From Roseibacillus sp. (GTDB lineage Bacteria > Verrucomicrobiota > Verrucomicrobiia > Verrucomicrobiales > Akkermansiaceae): 64,000 bases of DNA. Under the pieces are notes generated by a model. The model made no database searches and had not been told where the DNA came from. It saw only the letters and a list, made by a program, of their open reading frames with translations. Positions 7,202 through 17,081 of this stretch are shown piece after piece. Both the position numbers and the translations under genes were made by a program. The stretch lies in assembly GCA_051251855.1 (NCBI GenBank), contig JBPOGI010000002.1:749605-813604 (forward strand), written 5' to 3'. How positions within the stretch are numbered: the first letter of the stretch is position 1; every line of letters begins with the position of its first letter.

Positions 7202-8089
7202 TTACGGTTTTTGAATGATAATACGGAAGCCGATGTTGTAGCTACGGCTTTCGGGGCCAGAGCTGTAGCGGTAGGCTGACCGGCAGCTATTGGCGGTTCG
7301 GTTCCAAGTTCCCCCGCGAATATTTCTACCGTCACCTGTTTCGGGGCCTTGGGGATCGTTCCCGCCGCTGGCTTTCTCGGAATACCAGTCGGCACACCAT
7401 TCGTAGAGGTTGCCGTGCATGTCGTAGAGTCCCCATGCGTTGGGTTCGAAGCTTTTTACCTCGGTCGTTTTTTCGCGGTACTCGCCTTCTTCAGTGAGAC
7501 CGTAGGGCTTCTTGCCATAGAAGTTTGCTTGTTCAGCGCTGAGGGTGTTACCGAATGAGAAGACGGTGCGCGTGCCTGCGCGGCAGGCGTATTCCCATTG
7601 GGCTTCGGTGGGGAGGGTGTAGGCGAGTTCCTTTGGAAGAACTCCGGACTCGTGTTCAGTTTGGGTAAGGATCTTGGCAAAGGAGATGGCGTCTGACCAG
7701 TTGACGAAGCTCATGGGTTGATTGGGTCCTATTGCTGAAGCTTCTGCGACCAAGTTAGCTCCGCGCCCGATAGGGCCTTCTTTGATGTCGATTTGCTGTT
7801 GGATGGTCTTTCCCATGACGGCGAGCCATTGTCCTTGCGTAATCTCGGATTCAGACATGAGGAAGTTCTGCGAAATTTTCACGGAGACTTCGTCTTCGTC
7901 GTTGCCACGGCCTTTTTCCGTTTCGGGGCTGCCCATTACAAATTCGCCGGCAGTGATGGGGAGCATTTTGAGGCCGATGCTGTTGTTGTAGGGTTCGGTG
8001 AGAAGTCTTTCGTCAGCAAGAGAAGTATGGGTGCCGAGAGCGAGGGTTACCACGGCGAGAAAGGGGAGGGGCCAGAGTTTTTGCTGCAT
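7202..8089 (-). CDS. secreted FGE-sulfatase (SUMF1/NirV-like) domain protein
   Basis: Signal peptide; LPTEAQWEYACRAG, NAWGLYDMHGNLYEWC, RGGTW, IGFR. Confidence 0.85.
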   Translation of the reverse strand: MQQKLWPLPFLAVVTLALGTHTSLADERLLTEPYNNSIGLKMLPITAGEFVMGSPETEKGRGNDEDEVSVKISQNFLMSESEITQGQWLAVMGKTIQQQIDIKEGPIGRGANLVAEASAIGPNQPMSFVNWSDAISFAKILTQTEHESGVLPKELAYTLPTEAQWEYACRAGTRTVFSFGNTLSAEQANFYGKKPYGLTEEGEYREKTTEVKSFEPNAWGLYDMHGNLYEWCADWYSEKASGGNDPQGPETGDGRNIRGGTWNRTANSCRSAYRYSSGPESRSYNIGFRIIIQKP

Positions 8090-8103
8090 TATGGGAGGAT
8101 GAG

Positions 8104-8120
8104 AGCAGAAAGAGAACCAA
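8104..8120 (-). promoter_or_regulatory. sigma54-like -24/-12 element upstream of FGE-domain gene
   Basis: Minus strand TTGGTTCTCTTTCTGCT; only an ATGA half-site (8168) lies 50 bp upstream. Confidence 0.45.
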
Positions 8121-8170
8121 GGAGCACGAAGGCAGCTTTTGATTCACGAGTGGAATTACTTTAAACTATG

Positions 8171-8208
8171 AAACAAAAAGACCGTCTGGAGATGAACTCC
8201 AGACGGTC
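8171..8208 (-). terminator. rho-independent terminator after nrtA-like gene
   Basis: GACCGTCTGGAG-atgaa-CTCCAGACGGTC perfect 12-bp stem followed on the minus strand by TTTTTGTTT. Confidence 0.85.
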
Positions 8209-8233
8209 AAATAACCAGGATAAGTTGTTTCGA

Positions 8234-9595
<1,362 letters not shown>

Positions 9596-9602
9596 TGTTT
9601 GG

Positions 9603-10679
9603 TTAGTTTTCTTTGACTCCTGGAACGGAGGTTGAGAGTTGTTCTTGGGCTTGCTCGAAGAGGTCCATGCGGAAGATGAAGTCGTTGGGGAGCTGTTGCC
9701 CTTTTCTAAGAAGTCCCGAGAGGCGGACTCCTTCGCGCAGCCACGAAGCTGTCTTGCTAGTGGGAGCGTTGACTTCCTTGTCGTGAAAGATGTGAAAGTC
9801 GGGAAAGGACTTTTCGGGGTTTCCACTGGTGGCAGGAAGGCGACCCAAGAGGCTGAAGGGGAGGGAATCTTGGATAAGGTTCATTCCGGGTTCGGCTGAG
9901 AGGTAAGTGAGAACTTCGTTGTGATTGCTTGGATTCTGGCAATACTGGCAGGCTTCCAAGAGGGCGCTAGTGAGGGATCGGAGCTCGTTAGGATGGCTTT
10001 CAGCAAAGCTGAGAGTGGCAGCGAGTACTTTCTCGGGGTGGCCGTTAGAGAGTTCTATCGAGTTGGAAACGCACCAGCCGATTCCTTGCATCATGGCCAC
10101 CGAGTTCCAAGGTTCGCCCACACAGCAGCCGTCAATATGACCGTGGGAAAGACTACGAATCATGATTTCTGGTGGAAGAGAAATGATTTCGACGAAGGGG
10201 TGTTTTGCAATTCCATTTCGCTTGAGCCACAGGAGAAGGAGCGAGTGATGTGAAGAGCAGGGATGCACGGAGGCGAGGGTGAGGGGGGACTCCTTGCTGT
10301 AGTTTTCTTCGATGAAAGCTAGGAATTCTCCAGGCTTATCGAACATGTCACGGGGAATCTTATTAGAGAGGGTAAGGCCGTTACCGTTGGCGCTAAGCAC
10401 GAGGGGAACGACCATTTCTTTGGGGATTGTGCCGACGCCGTGATGGATGGCGAGGGCGAGAGGTCCGAGGCATTGGGCTGCGTCGAGCTCGGCGTGAACG
10501 AGTTTTTCGCGAACGGTGGCCCAGCCTGGCTCTTGGGAGGTGACAACGTTGACACCATGCTTTGCAAAGAGTCCCTTCTCTCGAGCAACGATGATCGGAG
10601 CGCAGTCAATGAGGGGGATATACCCCAATCGGATTGGCTGGTTAGTGATTGTGAGAAGGTTGGAATCAGGTGAAACCAT
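9603..10679 (-). CDS. cytoplasmic NrtA-like nitrate/nitrite sensor (NasS-like)
   Basis: [26 protein letters not shown]; no signal peptide or lipobox. Confidence 0.75.
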   Translation of the reverse strand: MVSPDSNLLTITNQPIRLGYIPLIDCAPIIVAREKGLFAKHGVNVVTSQEPGWATVREKLVHAELDAAQCLGPLALAIHHGVGTIPKEMVVPLVLSANGNGLTLSNKIPRDMFDKPGEFLAFIEENYSKESPLTLASVHPCSSHHSLLLLWLKRNGIAKHPFVEIISLPPEIMIRSLSHGHIDGCCVGEPWNSVAMMQGIGWCVSNSIELSNGHPEKVLAATLSFAESHPNELRSLTSALLEACQYCQNPSNHNEVLTYLSAEPGMNLIQDSLPFSLLGRLPATSGNPEKSFPDFHIFHDKEVNAPTSKTASWLREGVRLSGLLRKGQQLPNDFIFRMDLFEQAQEQLSTSVPGVKEN

Positions 10680-10690
10680 GCCGTTCTCTC

Positions 10691-10707
10691 AGCCGGAGTC
10701 GTGCCAA
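10691..10707 (-). promoter_or_regulatory. sigma54-like -24/-12 element upstream of NasS-like gene
   Basis: Minus strand TTGGCACGACTCCGGCT (consensus TGGCAC); GC lies 13 nt before the ATG. Confidence 0.65.
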
Positions 10708-10755
10708 ATGGCAAAAATGGCATATTTGGTGCTATGGGAAAGTATCTCAACAATG

Positions 10756-10770
10756 ATGAACCCCATTCAT
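10756..10770. promoter_or_regulatory. ATGA-N7-TCAT box overlapping the lysR start codon
   Basis: ATGAACCCCATTCAT in the divergent intergenic region; typical LysR autoregulatory position. Confidence 0.7.
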
Positions 10771-11728
10771 GTACCGTGAATTACCAGACCTGCGCCAAGT
10801 AAGAGCCTTTGTGGCGCTTGCAGATACCCAGTCCTTTACGCGGGCGGCTGAGACTTTATTTTTGACGCAGTCGGCGGTAAGCCATTCGATTCGCAGTCTT
10901 GAGCAGCAACTGGAGGTTCAGTTGGTGGAACGTTCGGGCAAGAAAATTGCTCTCACGCAGGACGGAGTTGTTTTTCTTCGACGTTGTCGTTCAGTGATTA
11001 GCGAGTTGGAGCAAGCCACCCAAGAAATGGAGGCGCTTAAGCGTTGGGGCCAAGGCAGAATTCGATTAGGGGCGACCCACACGCTTTGCCAGTATCTCTT
11101 GCCGACAGTGCTGCGGGAGTTTCGCGATTGTTTTCCACGTTGTGAAGTTCACATCGAGTCGGGCGACACGGCGGAACTCATGCAAAAGCTTGAGGATGCT
11201 CAGCTCGATTTGGTTTTGGGGTTAGGTGGTCGCACACCCAACTGGGCCGCTTTTCTCCCCGTGTTCGATGATGAGCTGGTTTTCGTGGTGTCCGCGCAGC
11301 ACCCTTGGGCGAACAAAGTAGAGATTCCTTTGGAGGAAATTGGCAGCGAGTCTTTTCTAATTTATGCGAAGAAGAGTGAGACCTATCGGCTCATTCGCAA
11401 TCACTTCGAGGGTCTTGGCGTCAAGCTAAGGACCACGCTCAACCTAGGTGCGATGGAGGCCATTAAAGAAATGGCACGTATTGGAATTGGGGTTGGGATC
11501 GTTTCGCCTTGGGTGGCTCGAAAGGAATTGGAGCGAGGTCAACTCGTGCAGGTTCCCATTCGAAAGGAGCCTCTCACCAGGGAGTGGGGGGTCTTTTGTC
11601 ACGAGAGTAAGAAGCTTTCATTGGTCGAAGATACTTTCGTGGGAATCTGTGAGGTGACGGCTCGGACCTTCAATGCTTCACCAACGGCCCCAACTGAAAA
11701 AGCCGTCGACCTTGCGGCGACGGCTTAG
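10769..11728 (+). CDS. LysR-family transcriptional regulator
   Basis: HTH SFTRAAETLFLTQSAVSHSIRSLE...LTQDG followed by a substrate-binding domain. Confidence 0.95.
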   Translation: MYRELPDLRQVRAFVALADTQSFTRAAETLFLTQSAVSHSIRSLEQQLEVQLVERSGKKIALTQDGVVFLRRCRSVISELEQATQEMEALKRWGQGRIRLGATHTLCQYLLPTVLREFRDCFPRCEVHIESGDTAELMQKLEDAQLDLVLGLGGRTPNWAAFLPVFDDELVFVVSAQHPWANKVEIPLEEIGSESFLIYAKKSETYRLIRNHFEGLGVKLRTTLNLGAMEAIKEMARIGIGVGIVSPWVARKELERGQLVQVPIRKEPLTREWGVFCHESKKLSLVEDTFVGICEVTARTFNASPTAPTEKAVDLAATA

Positions 11729-11751
11729 AGTCAGTTGTTAGAGGAGGTTTC

Positions 11752-13038
11752 TTAGAACTTGTAAGAGAGGTCGACAGTGACTTGCTTGATATCAGCATAG
11801 GCGCTGCTCTCGTCTCCGAAGAAGTAGGCCGCTTTGATGAGACCTGACAGGTTGTCAGTGAATTTCTTCGCCAAGATGAGGTCTGCTTCGTAGCCGTATG
11901 TTGCGCTGAAGCTGTCATCGGCAAAGTAGTGAAGGAAGCCTTTGAGAGTGACGCCTCCAGGAAGCCCGGGCTGCACGAGGCCTAGATATACATCTGAAAG
12001 ACCTTCGTAAGTTCCTCCAGGTCCATTGCGAAGTCCAATGCGGTCGAGGATGAACGCATCCGCAAATCCGTTGTAGGCGTGAACGGTCGCGAAGGGGGTT
12101 TTGAAGTCGTCTTCAAGATACTCAAGTCCGGCAATGAGGGAGGTTTTACCCACTTTATGGGTATATTTTACGTGCCCGTAGAAGGCTTCGTAATCACCTC
12201 CAACTGTGCTGGTCCCGTCTTGAAAAGCTATTTCTCCATAGAGCCCACCGATTGTTGCGAAGGCACCGTAGGTGTTGCTCTCGCCGACGTTGGTGTTGTT
12301 GTCGACGTCAATGAGATATGCGTATCCACCGACGGTTCCAAAGTCAGCGTTGTAGGTGCCGTCAATGAAGTGGAAGTCACCCTCGAAATCATGGAGAGGA
12401 GGTCCGGGCAGAGCGTCATTGGCATCATTTCCGAAGATACGTTGCACGCGATTGGAGTAGGCATATGAGAGCGAGAAGTCGTCGTTCTTGTAGGCGATTT
12501 GGGCTGCGTCGAAGGTCTGTTCGTTCTGACGCCAGCCGACGTTACCAATGAAAGCGGCGCTGTTGCGAATGATGCGTTGGCGTCCTACTTTGGCGAGAAA
12601 GCCATCTTGCTTGTATTGAACCCACGCACGGTTGAGTTCTGCGTTCTGAGGGTCGCCGATGGGGGTGTTACCTGATACGTAAGGGTAAGTTGACCGACTG
12701 AATGGATTGCCGCTAGGAAGAGGGTTACTGGAGTAATCAGCCACTCCTGCGCCGGTGAACTCTCCTTCGGCGAAGGCGCTGAATCCGCCGAAGTCGCCGA
12801 GAAGGAGGCCAACTCGTGCCCTAGCGGTGAGAGCGTTTGAGGGGTCGAGGCCGTCAACTTCGCGGAACTCATACCGAGTATTGAGATTGACGCTTGGGGT
12901 AAGCCATTTGAAGGCATCCGGTTCGGAAGCTACGACAGGCTGCTCAGGAATATCGACGAAAGTCTCGCCTGCAAAAGCTGGAGAAGAGAGGCTAAGCGCA
13001 AGAGTGCAGCGACAAATATATGGATGGATAGTTTTCAT
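11752..13038 (-). CDS. alginate-export-family outer membrane porin
   Basis: Start moved to ATG 13038. Signal peptide; GRQRI...FIGNVGWRQNEQTFDA; FATVHAYNGFAD; C-terminal YKF. Confidence 0.8.
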   Translation of the reverse strand: MKTIHPYICRCTLALSLSSPAFAGETFVDIPEQPVVASEPDAFKWLTPSVNLNTRYEFREVDGLDPSNALTARARVGLLLGDFGGFSAFAEGEFTGAGVADYSSNPLPSGNPFSRSTYPYVSGNTPIGDPQNAELNRAWVQYKQDGFLAKVGRQRIIRNSAAFIGNVGWRQNEQTFDAAQIAYKNDDFSLSYAYSNRVQRIFGNDANDALPGPPLHDFEGDFHFIDGTYNADFGTVGGYAYLIDVDNNTNVGESNTYGAFATIGGLYGEIAFQDGTSTVGGDYEAFYGHVKYTHKVGKTSLIAGLEYLEDDFKTPFATVHAYNGFADAFILDRIGLRNGPGGTYEGLSDVYLGLVQPGLPGGVTLKGFLHYFADDSFSATYGYEADLILAKKFTDNLSGLIKAAYFFGDESSAYADIKQVTVDLSYKF

Positions 13039-13058
13039 ATGATGGTCCGAGAACAGGA

Positions 13059-13075
13059 AGCGTTTGCGGTGCCAT
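13059..13075 (-). promoter_or_regulatory. sigma54-like -24/-12 element upstream of porin
   Basis: Minus strand ATGGCACCGCAAACGCT. Confidence 0.65.
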
Positions 13076-13123
13076 CGAGGTGAAGAAGAGTGTTGGTGAC
13101 GGGTAAAGTGTTTCCATCGACTC

Positions 13124-13138
13124 ATGATTTTGATTCAT
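13124..13138. promoter_or_regulatory. ATGA-N7-TCAT box upstream of porin
   Basis: ATGATTTTGATTCAT within TCATGA-N7-TCATGA. Confidence 0.75.
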
Positions 13139-13199
13139 GAGCTGACAACTAGCTCTTGGATTCGGGGGCTGACGAGGTGTCAGGGGTACGAATTTTGCC

Positions 13200-14672
13200 C
13201 TAGTTGAGACGGAGCGCGAAGTAGGAGGTGCGTCCGTCAGCGTAGATGTAGAGGAGGTTGTTGCCCTTGTCGATGAGGAGCCCTTTGGCTTGGGCGAGAG
13301 AGTCAATAGATTGGCGGTTGATCTCTAATACAACTTGTCCTGGCTGGAGATGGCGAGCGAACGGGGAGTCGGGTGCGGTCTCGGTAATGAGGAGTCCCGA
13401 GACTTCGCGAGGGATGTCGTACGTTTTGCGGTGCTCATTATTGAGAGTGGTGGCGGTGACTCCTTCGACGAAGGCGTTGCCTGCGATGAGGTCACCAGCA
13501 GGATCGGCGACTTTGACCTCGAAGGTCATTTCTTTGGTCTCGCGCAGGGCGATGATGCTCACGGAGTCTCCAGGGGAGGTGGTGGATACTTCGAGGCGGA
13601 GGTCATTGGGGTCGTCGACGCGGCGGTCGTTGACTTGGATGATAATGTCTCCGTGACTGAGGCCTGCTTCTTTAGCGGGATATCCATCGACGACCTCCTC
13701 AATGAGAACACCCTTGGTTCCCAATACACCCATAGCTTCGGCGACTTGTGGGTCGAGGGGGCTCATGCGAATACCGATGAGGCCGCGTTTCACTTCGCCA
13801 GTCTCGGTGAGTTGGGTGGCTGTTTGGATGGCAAGGTCTGAGGGGATGGCAAACCCAAGGCCGATGGAGCCGCCGGAGGTGGACTTGATGGCGGAGTTGA
13901 TTCCAATAAGGCGGCCTTCGATATCAACGAGGGCGCCACCGGAGTTGCCTTGGTTGATGGCAGCGTCAGTTTGGATAAAGTCCTCGTAGCCGTCGTTGCC
14001 ATAGATGCCGATGGAGCGTTCGGTGGCGGAAATGATACCGGAGGTGACGGTCAGGCCGACGCCGAGGGGGTTGCCGATTGCGAAGACAATGTCGCCGACC
14101 ATGATTTCGTCGCTGTCGGCGACTTTGATGAAAGGGAGGTCGGTGGCGTCGACTTTGATGACGGCGATGTCGGTCTTGGGGTCGCGGCCGATGAGCTTGG
14201 CTTCGAGTTCGGTGTCGTCGCTGAGGCGGACGAGGATCTCGTCAGCGTCTCCTCCGCGTCGGTCTTGTACAACGTGGTTGTTGGTGAGAATATAGCCATC
14301 CGCGCTGATGATGACGCCTGAGCCAACTCCTTGGGGGACTTTTTGCTCTTGGAGAGGCTCTTGTCCTTGAGAGGAAGGAGGCCGAATACCGAAGAGTTGG
14401 CGTAGGATTTCGTCTTGTCGGGAGCCGGAGCGACGAGCGTACTGCACGACCTCGGAGGTGTGAACTGAGACGACAGACTGACGGGCATCCGCGAGCATGG
14501 GGGCGTAGCTGGTAGGCTGGGCGCCGCCGGTGCGTTCGATGGGGCGGCTGTCGGTTTCGATGGCGAGAGGGGCGGACGGGGGGGCTTCCTTTTCTTGAGC
14601 GACCAGATAGCCAGTGATGGCAGCGAGCGCGGTAGCGGCAAAGGGGAGGAGAATACGAACAGGTTTCTTCAT
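13200..14672 (-). CDS. htrA: HtrA/DegP-family serine protease with two PDZ domains
   Basis: TNNHV, DIAV, GNSGG catalytic triad; PDZ region; N-terminal signal. Confidence 0.92.
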   Translation of the reverse strand: MKKPVRILLPFAATALAAITGYLVAQEKEAPPSAPLAIETDSRPIERTGGAQPTSYAPMLADARQSVVSVHTSEVVQYARRSGSRQDEILRQLFGIRPPSSQGQEPLQEQKVPQGVGSGVIISADGYILTNNHVVQDRRGGDADEILVRLSDDTELEAKLIGRDPKTDIAVIKVDATDLPFIKVADSDEIMVGDIVFAIGNPLGVGLTVTSGIISATERSIGIYGNDGYEDFIQTDAAINQGNSGGALVDIEGRLIGINSAIKSTSGGSIGLGFAIPSDLAIQTATQLTETGEVKRGLIGIRMSPLDPQVAEAMGVLGTKGVLIEEVVDGYPAKEAGLSHGDIIIQVNDRRVDDPNDLRLEVSTTSPGDSVSIIALRETKEMTFEVKVADPAGDLIAGNAFVEGVTATTLNNEHRKTYDIPREVSGLLITETAPDSPFARHLQPGQVVLEINRQSIDSLAQAKGLLIDKGNNLLYIYADGRTSYFALRLN

Positions 14673-14848
14673 GATGTTATGTTGAGAGAATCGTTGAATG
14701 GGACGAAATTTGTTTGGGAAAAAATCACTTAATTTGAAGAGCGGTCAAATGGATTTTGTTACTTGCAAAGAGTTGGTTTTGAGGGGGTGGAGGGGTTGTC
14801 TGACATGGGAGAGGGGATGCCGTGGTTCTGGTTGGACGGGGCTGGAGG

Positions 14849-14898
14849 CCAGGCAGGATGCCTGGGATGACCTTCGCAGCCCAGAGGGCAGCGCCACG
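14849..14898 (-). repeat. REP-like two-hairpin element, copy 1
   Basis: 38/50 ungapped identity (counted by hand) to 48029-48078; minus strand GTGG + hairpin + GAAGGT + hairpin. Confidence 0.65.
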
Positions 14899-14921
14899 GG
14901 TGGAGGGCTGCGGGGCGTGGG

Positions 14922-16946
14922 CTACTGGGCGGCTTGCCAGTAAGCGAGTTCTTCGCGGAGGGTTGCTTGGGAGGCGAGAGCTTCGTCGAGGGCCTTTTTG
15001 GGCTCGTCGAGTTTCTTTGCGAGGGGAGGGAGCTTTTGTTCGAGGCTCTTGAGGGATTCACGGCCGGCTTTGATGAGTCCGCGAATCTCGCCGCTTTGTT
15101 GGCGGAGGCTCTTGAGGCTTCCTGCGAGTTTATTGCGTTCTTCGTTTAGTTTCTTTGATTTGTTGACGAGCTCGCTTTCTTTCTTGGCCGATTCTTGTTG
15201 GTGCTTGGCGGCCTCTTGAAGTGGTTGGGTGAGCTCAGCGAGATCCTTTTTTTCGGCTTTCATTTTCTCGAGTTGGGTTGTGACCCTTTTTTGCTCTTCG
15301 ATGGCTTTTTGTTTCGCTGCTCTTGCCTTGTCGAGGGCTGGTTTGTCTGTGGCAATTTGAGCCGCGAGATTTTTCACCTTCGAGTCGAACTCTTTGATTT
15401 TTTTGTCGAGGTTTTTGACAGTGTCTTCGTTTTTTCTGAGCGCTTTGCGGGTGCCGTCGATGCTGCTGGCTATGGAGTCGCGTTCTTTGGCTACGGCTTG
15501 GAAGGTGGACTGAGCTTTGGTGACTTGTTGAGTTTGTTCCGCGACCTTTTTAGTGAGGTAGGCGAGACGATTTTTGAGGGTGGGTGGGTTGGATTCTAGA
15601 GTGGCGATGGGGGCTTTGTTACTGGAAACGTCGTAGGCGAGAACTTCGCCATTGTAGTCAGCCATGAATAGATGTTTACCGTCTTGCGAGAGGGCGGTGG
15701 CGGTGATGACTTCAGGGAGGTTCTTGAAGGAGGCTTTTTCGTTGAAGTCGGGTTTGAAGATTTTGACGGTGCGGTCGCGCCCGGCGGTGACGAGGTGGCC
15801 GTCTCGGTGGTAGTGGAGGGCAGTGACGCCTTGGTTGTGCGCTTTGATTTTCTTGGCGGGGGAGCCTTTTTTCATGTCCCAGATGATGAGTTGGCCGTCT
15901 TCGCTGGTGCTGGCGAGGAGTTTGGAGTCGGAGCGGAAAGCGAGGGCGGTGACTCCGCCTTGATGGTCGCGGAGGGCGTGGATTTCGTTGCCGTTGAGGT
16001 CCCAGACGTGGATGCCTCCATTACGGTCGCCACTGGCGAAGAACTTGCCATTGGGTGAAGCGGCGAGGGCGGTGATCCAGTCGGTGTGCTTCTTGATAGA
16101 TTGGGTTTGGGCGTTCTCGCGGGTGTTCCAAATTTTGAGAAGGCGCAGGGGACCGCCGAGGGCGACGGTGGCAAGGTCGGGAGTGATGGCGGTGGCGAGG
16201 ACGGAGTCGAACTCGCGGCCAGCGGTGAAGAGCTCTTTGCCGGTGGTGATGTCCCAAGCGATGGCTTGTCCTGATTTGCCGGCGATGCCTCCACCAGCGA
16301 GGAGGTATTTCCCGGAGGGATGGAAGGTGAGGGTCTCGGGTTGGCCTTTGGGGAAGGGAAGACTGCCGAGAAAGCGGAAGGTTTCGCTGTGGTAGAGGAG
16401 GATTTGTTTTTGGCCGGTGAGGGCGATGAGGGGTGCCCAAGGGGAGGCGGTCATCGCTTTGACGAGACCAGCGCGGGGAGCGACGAAGGAGGGGTCGAGA
16501 GAGAGGGCGGCCGGCATGGGGGGAGGGCCTTCGGGCTTGCCGGCGGTGGTGTCGATGGCGAGATCGAATTTAGGCTTGGCGGCTTTTTTGGCGGAGGAGT
16601 CTTTGGTTTCTAACATGCCGCCGTCGATCCAAGCGCGGATGAGTCCGGAGGCTTTGCGGTCAATCTTATCGCCTTCGGGGGGCATGACTGGTTCTTCGGT
16701 TCCGGTGGTGACGGTGTAGAGCTTGGAGCTGCCACCGTCGCCGGGGACGGCGACTTTGCCGCCGGAGCCGCCGATCATGAGGGCGGGGTAGGAAGAGAGG
16801 TCGAGATCTCCTTTCTTTTTGTCAGGGTTGTGGCAATTGAGACAGGATTGCTCGAAGATGGGGAAGATATGATCGTCGTAGGTAATCTTCTCCTGGCCTT
16901 GAAGCGGGAAGCTTAAGAGGAGTGGGAGGAGGAGAAGGAATTTCAT
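14922..16946 (-). CDS. planctomycete cytochrome c domain + WD40 repeats + coiled coil
   Basis: CLNCH...MPP...WID PSCyt1-like domain; repeated H-(TD/QG)...WD units; K/E/Q-rich C-terminus. Confidence 0.85.
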   Translation of the reverse strand: MKFLLLLPLLLSFPLQGQEKITYDDHIFPIFEQSCLNCHNPDKKKGDLDLSSYPALMIGGSGGKVAVPGDGGSSKLYTVTTGTEEPVMPPEGDKIDRKASGLIRAWIDGGMLETKDSSAKKAAKPKFDLAIDTTAGKPEGPPPMPAALSLDPSFVAPRAGLVKAMTASPWAPLIALTGQKQILLYHSETFRFLGSLPFPKGQPETLTFHPSGKYLLAGGGIAGKSGQAIAWDITTGKELFTAGREFDSVLATAITPDLATVALGGPLRLLKIWNTRENAQTQSIKKHTDWITALAASPNGKFFASGDRNGGIHVWDLNGNEIHALRDHQGGVTALAFRSDSKLLASTSEDGQLIIWDMKKGSPAKKIKAHNQGVTALHYHRDGHLVTAGRDRTVKIFKPDFNEKASFKNLPEVITATALSQDGKHLFMADYNGEVLAYDVSSNKAPIATLESNPPTLKNRLAYLTKKVAEQTQQVTKAQSTFQAVAKERDSIASSIDGTRKALRKNEDTVKNLDKKIKEFDSKVKNLAAQIATDKPALDKARAAKQKAIEEQKRVTTQLEKMKAEKKDLAELTQPLQEAAKHQQESAKKESELVNKSKKLNEERNKLAGSLKSLRQQSGEIRGLIKAGRESLKSLEQKLPPLAKKLDEPKKALDEALASQATLREELAYWQAAQ

Positions 16947-17048
16947 GGGATGGGATTACGCGATATTAGTTACTCGTTTTTAGGGGGAGGTGATTTGGTT
17001 GTTAGGGGAATGTGGGATTTTGATTGGTGGAGGTGGTGAGGTTGAGTC

Positions 17049-17078
17049 AAAAGCGGTGCGCAGCACCGCACTCCAAAG
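17049..17078. repeat. single REP-like palindrome
   Basis: AAAGCGGTGC-GCA-GCACCGC-ACTCCAAAG directly after the stop at 17082; only one copy in window. Confidence 0.45.
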
Positions 17079-17081
17079 GAC

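Noticed and set aside
8133..8149. TTTTGATTCACGA resembling the right half of the LysR-type box
   Set aside because: Left half-site missing and spacing does not match the other promoters.
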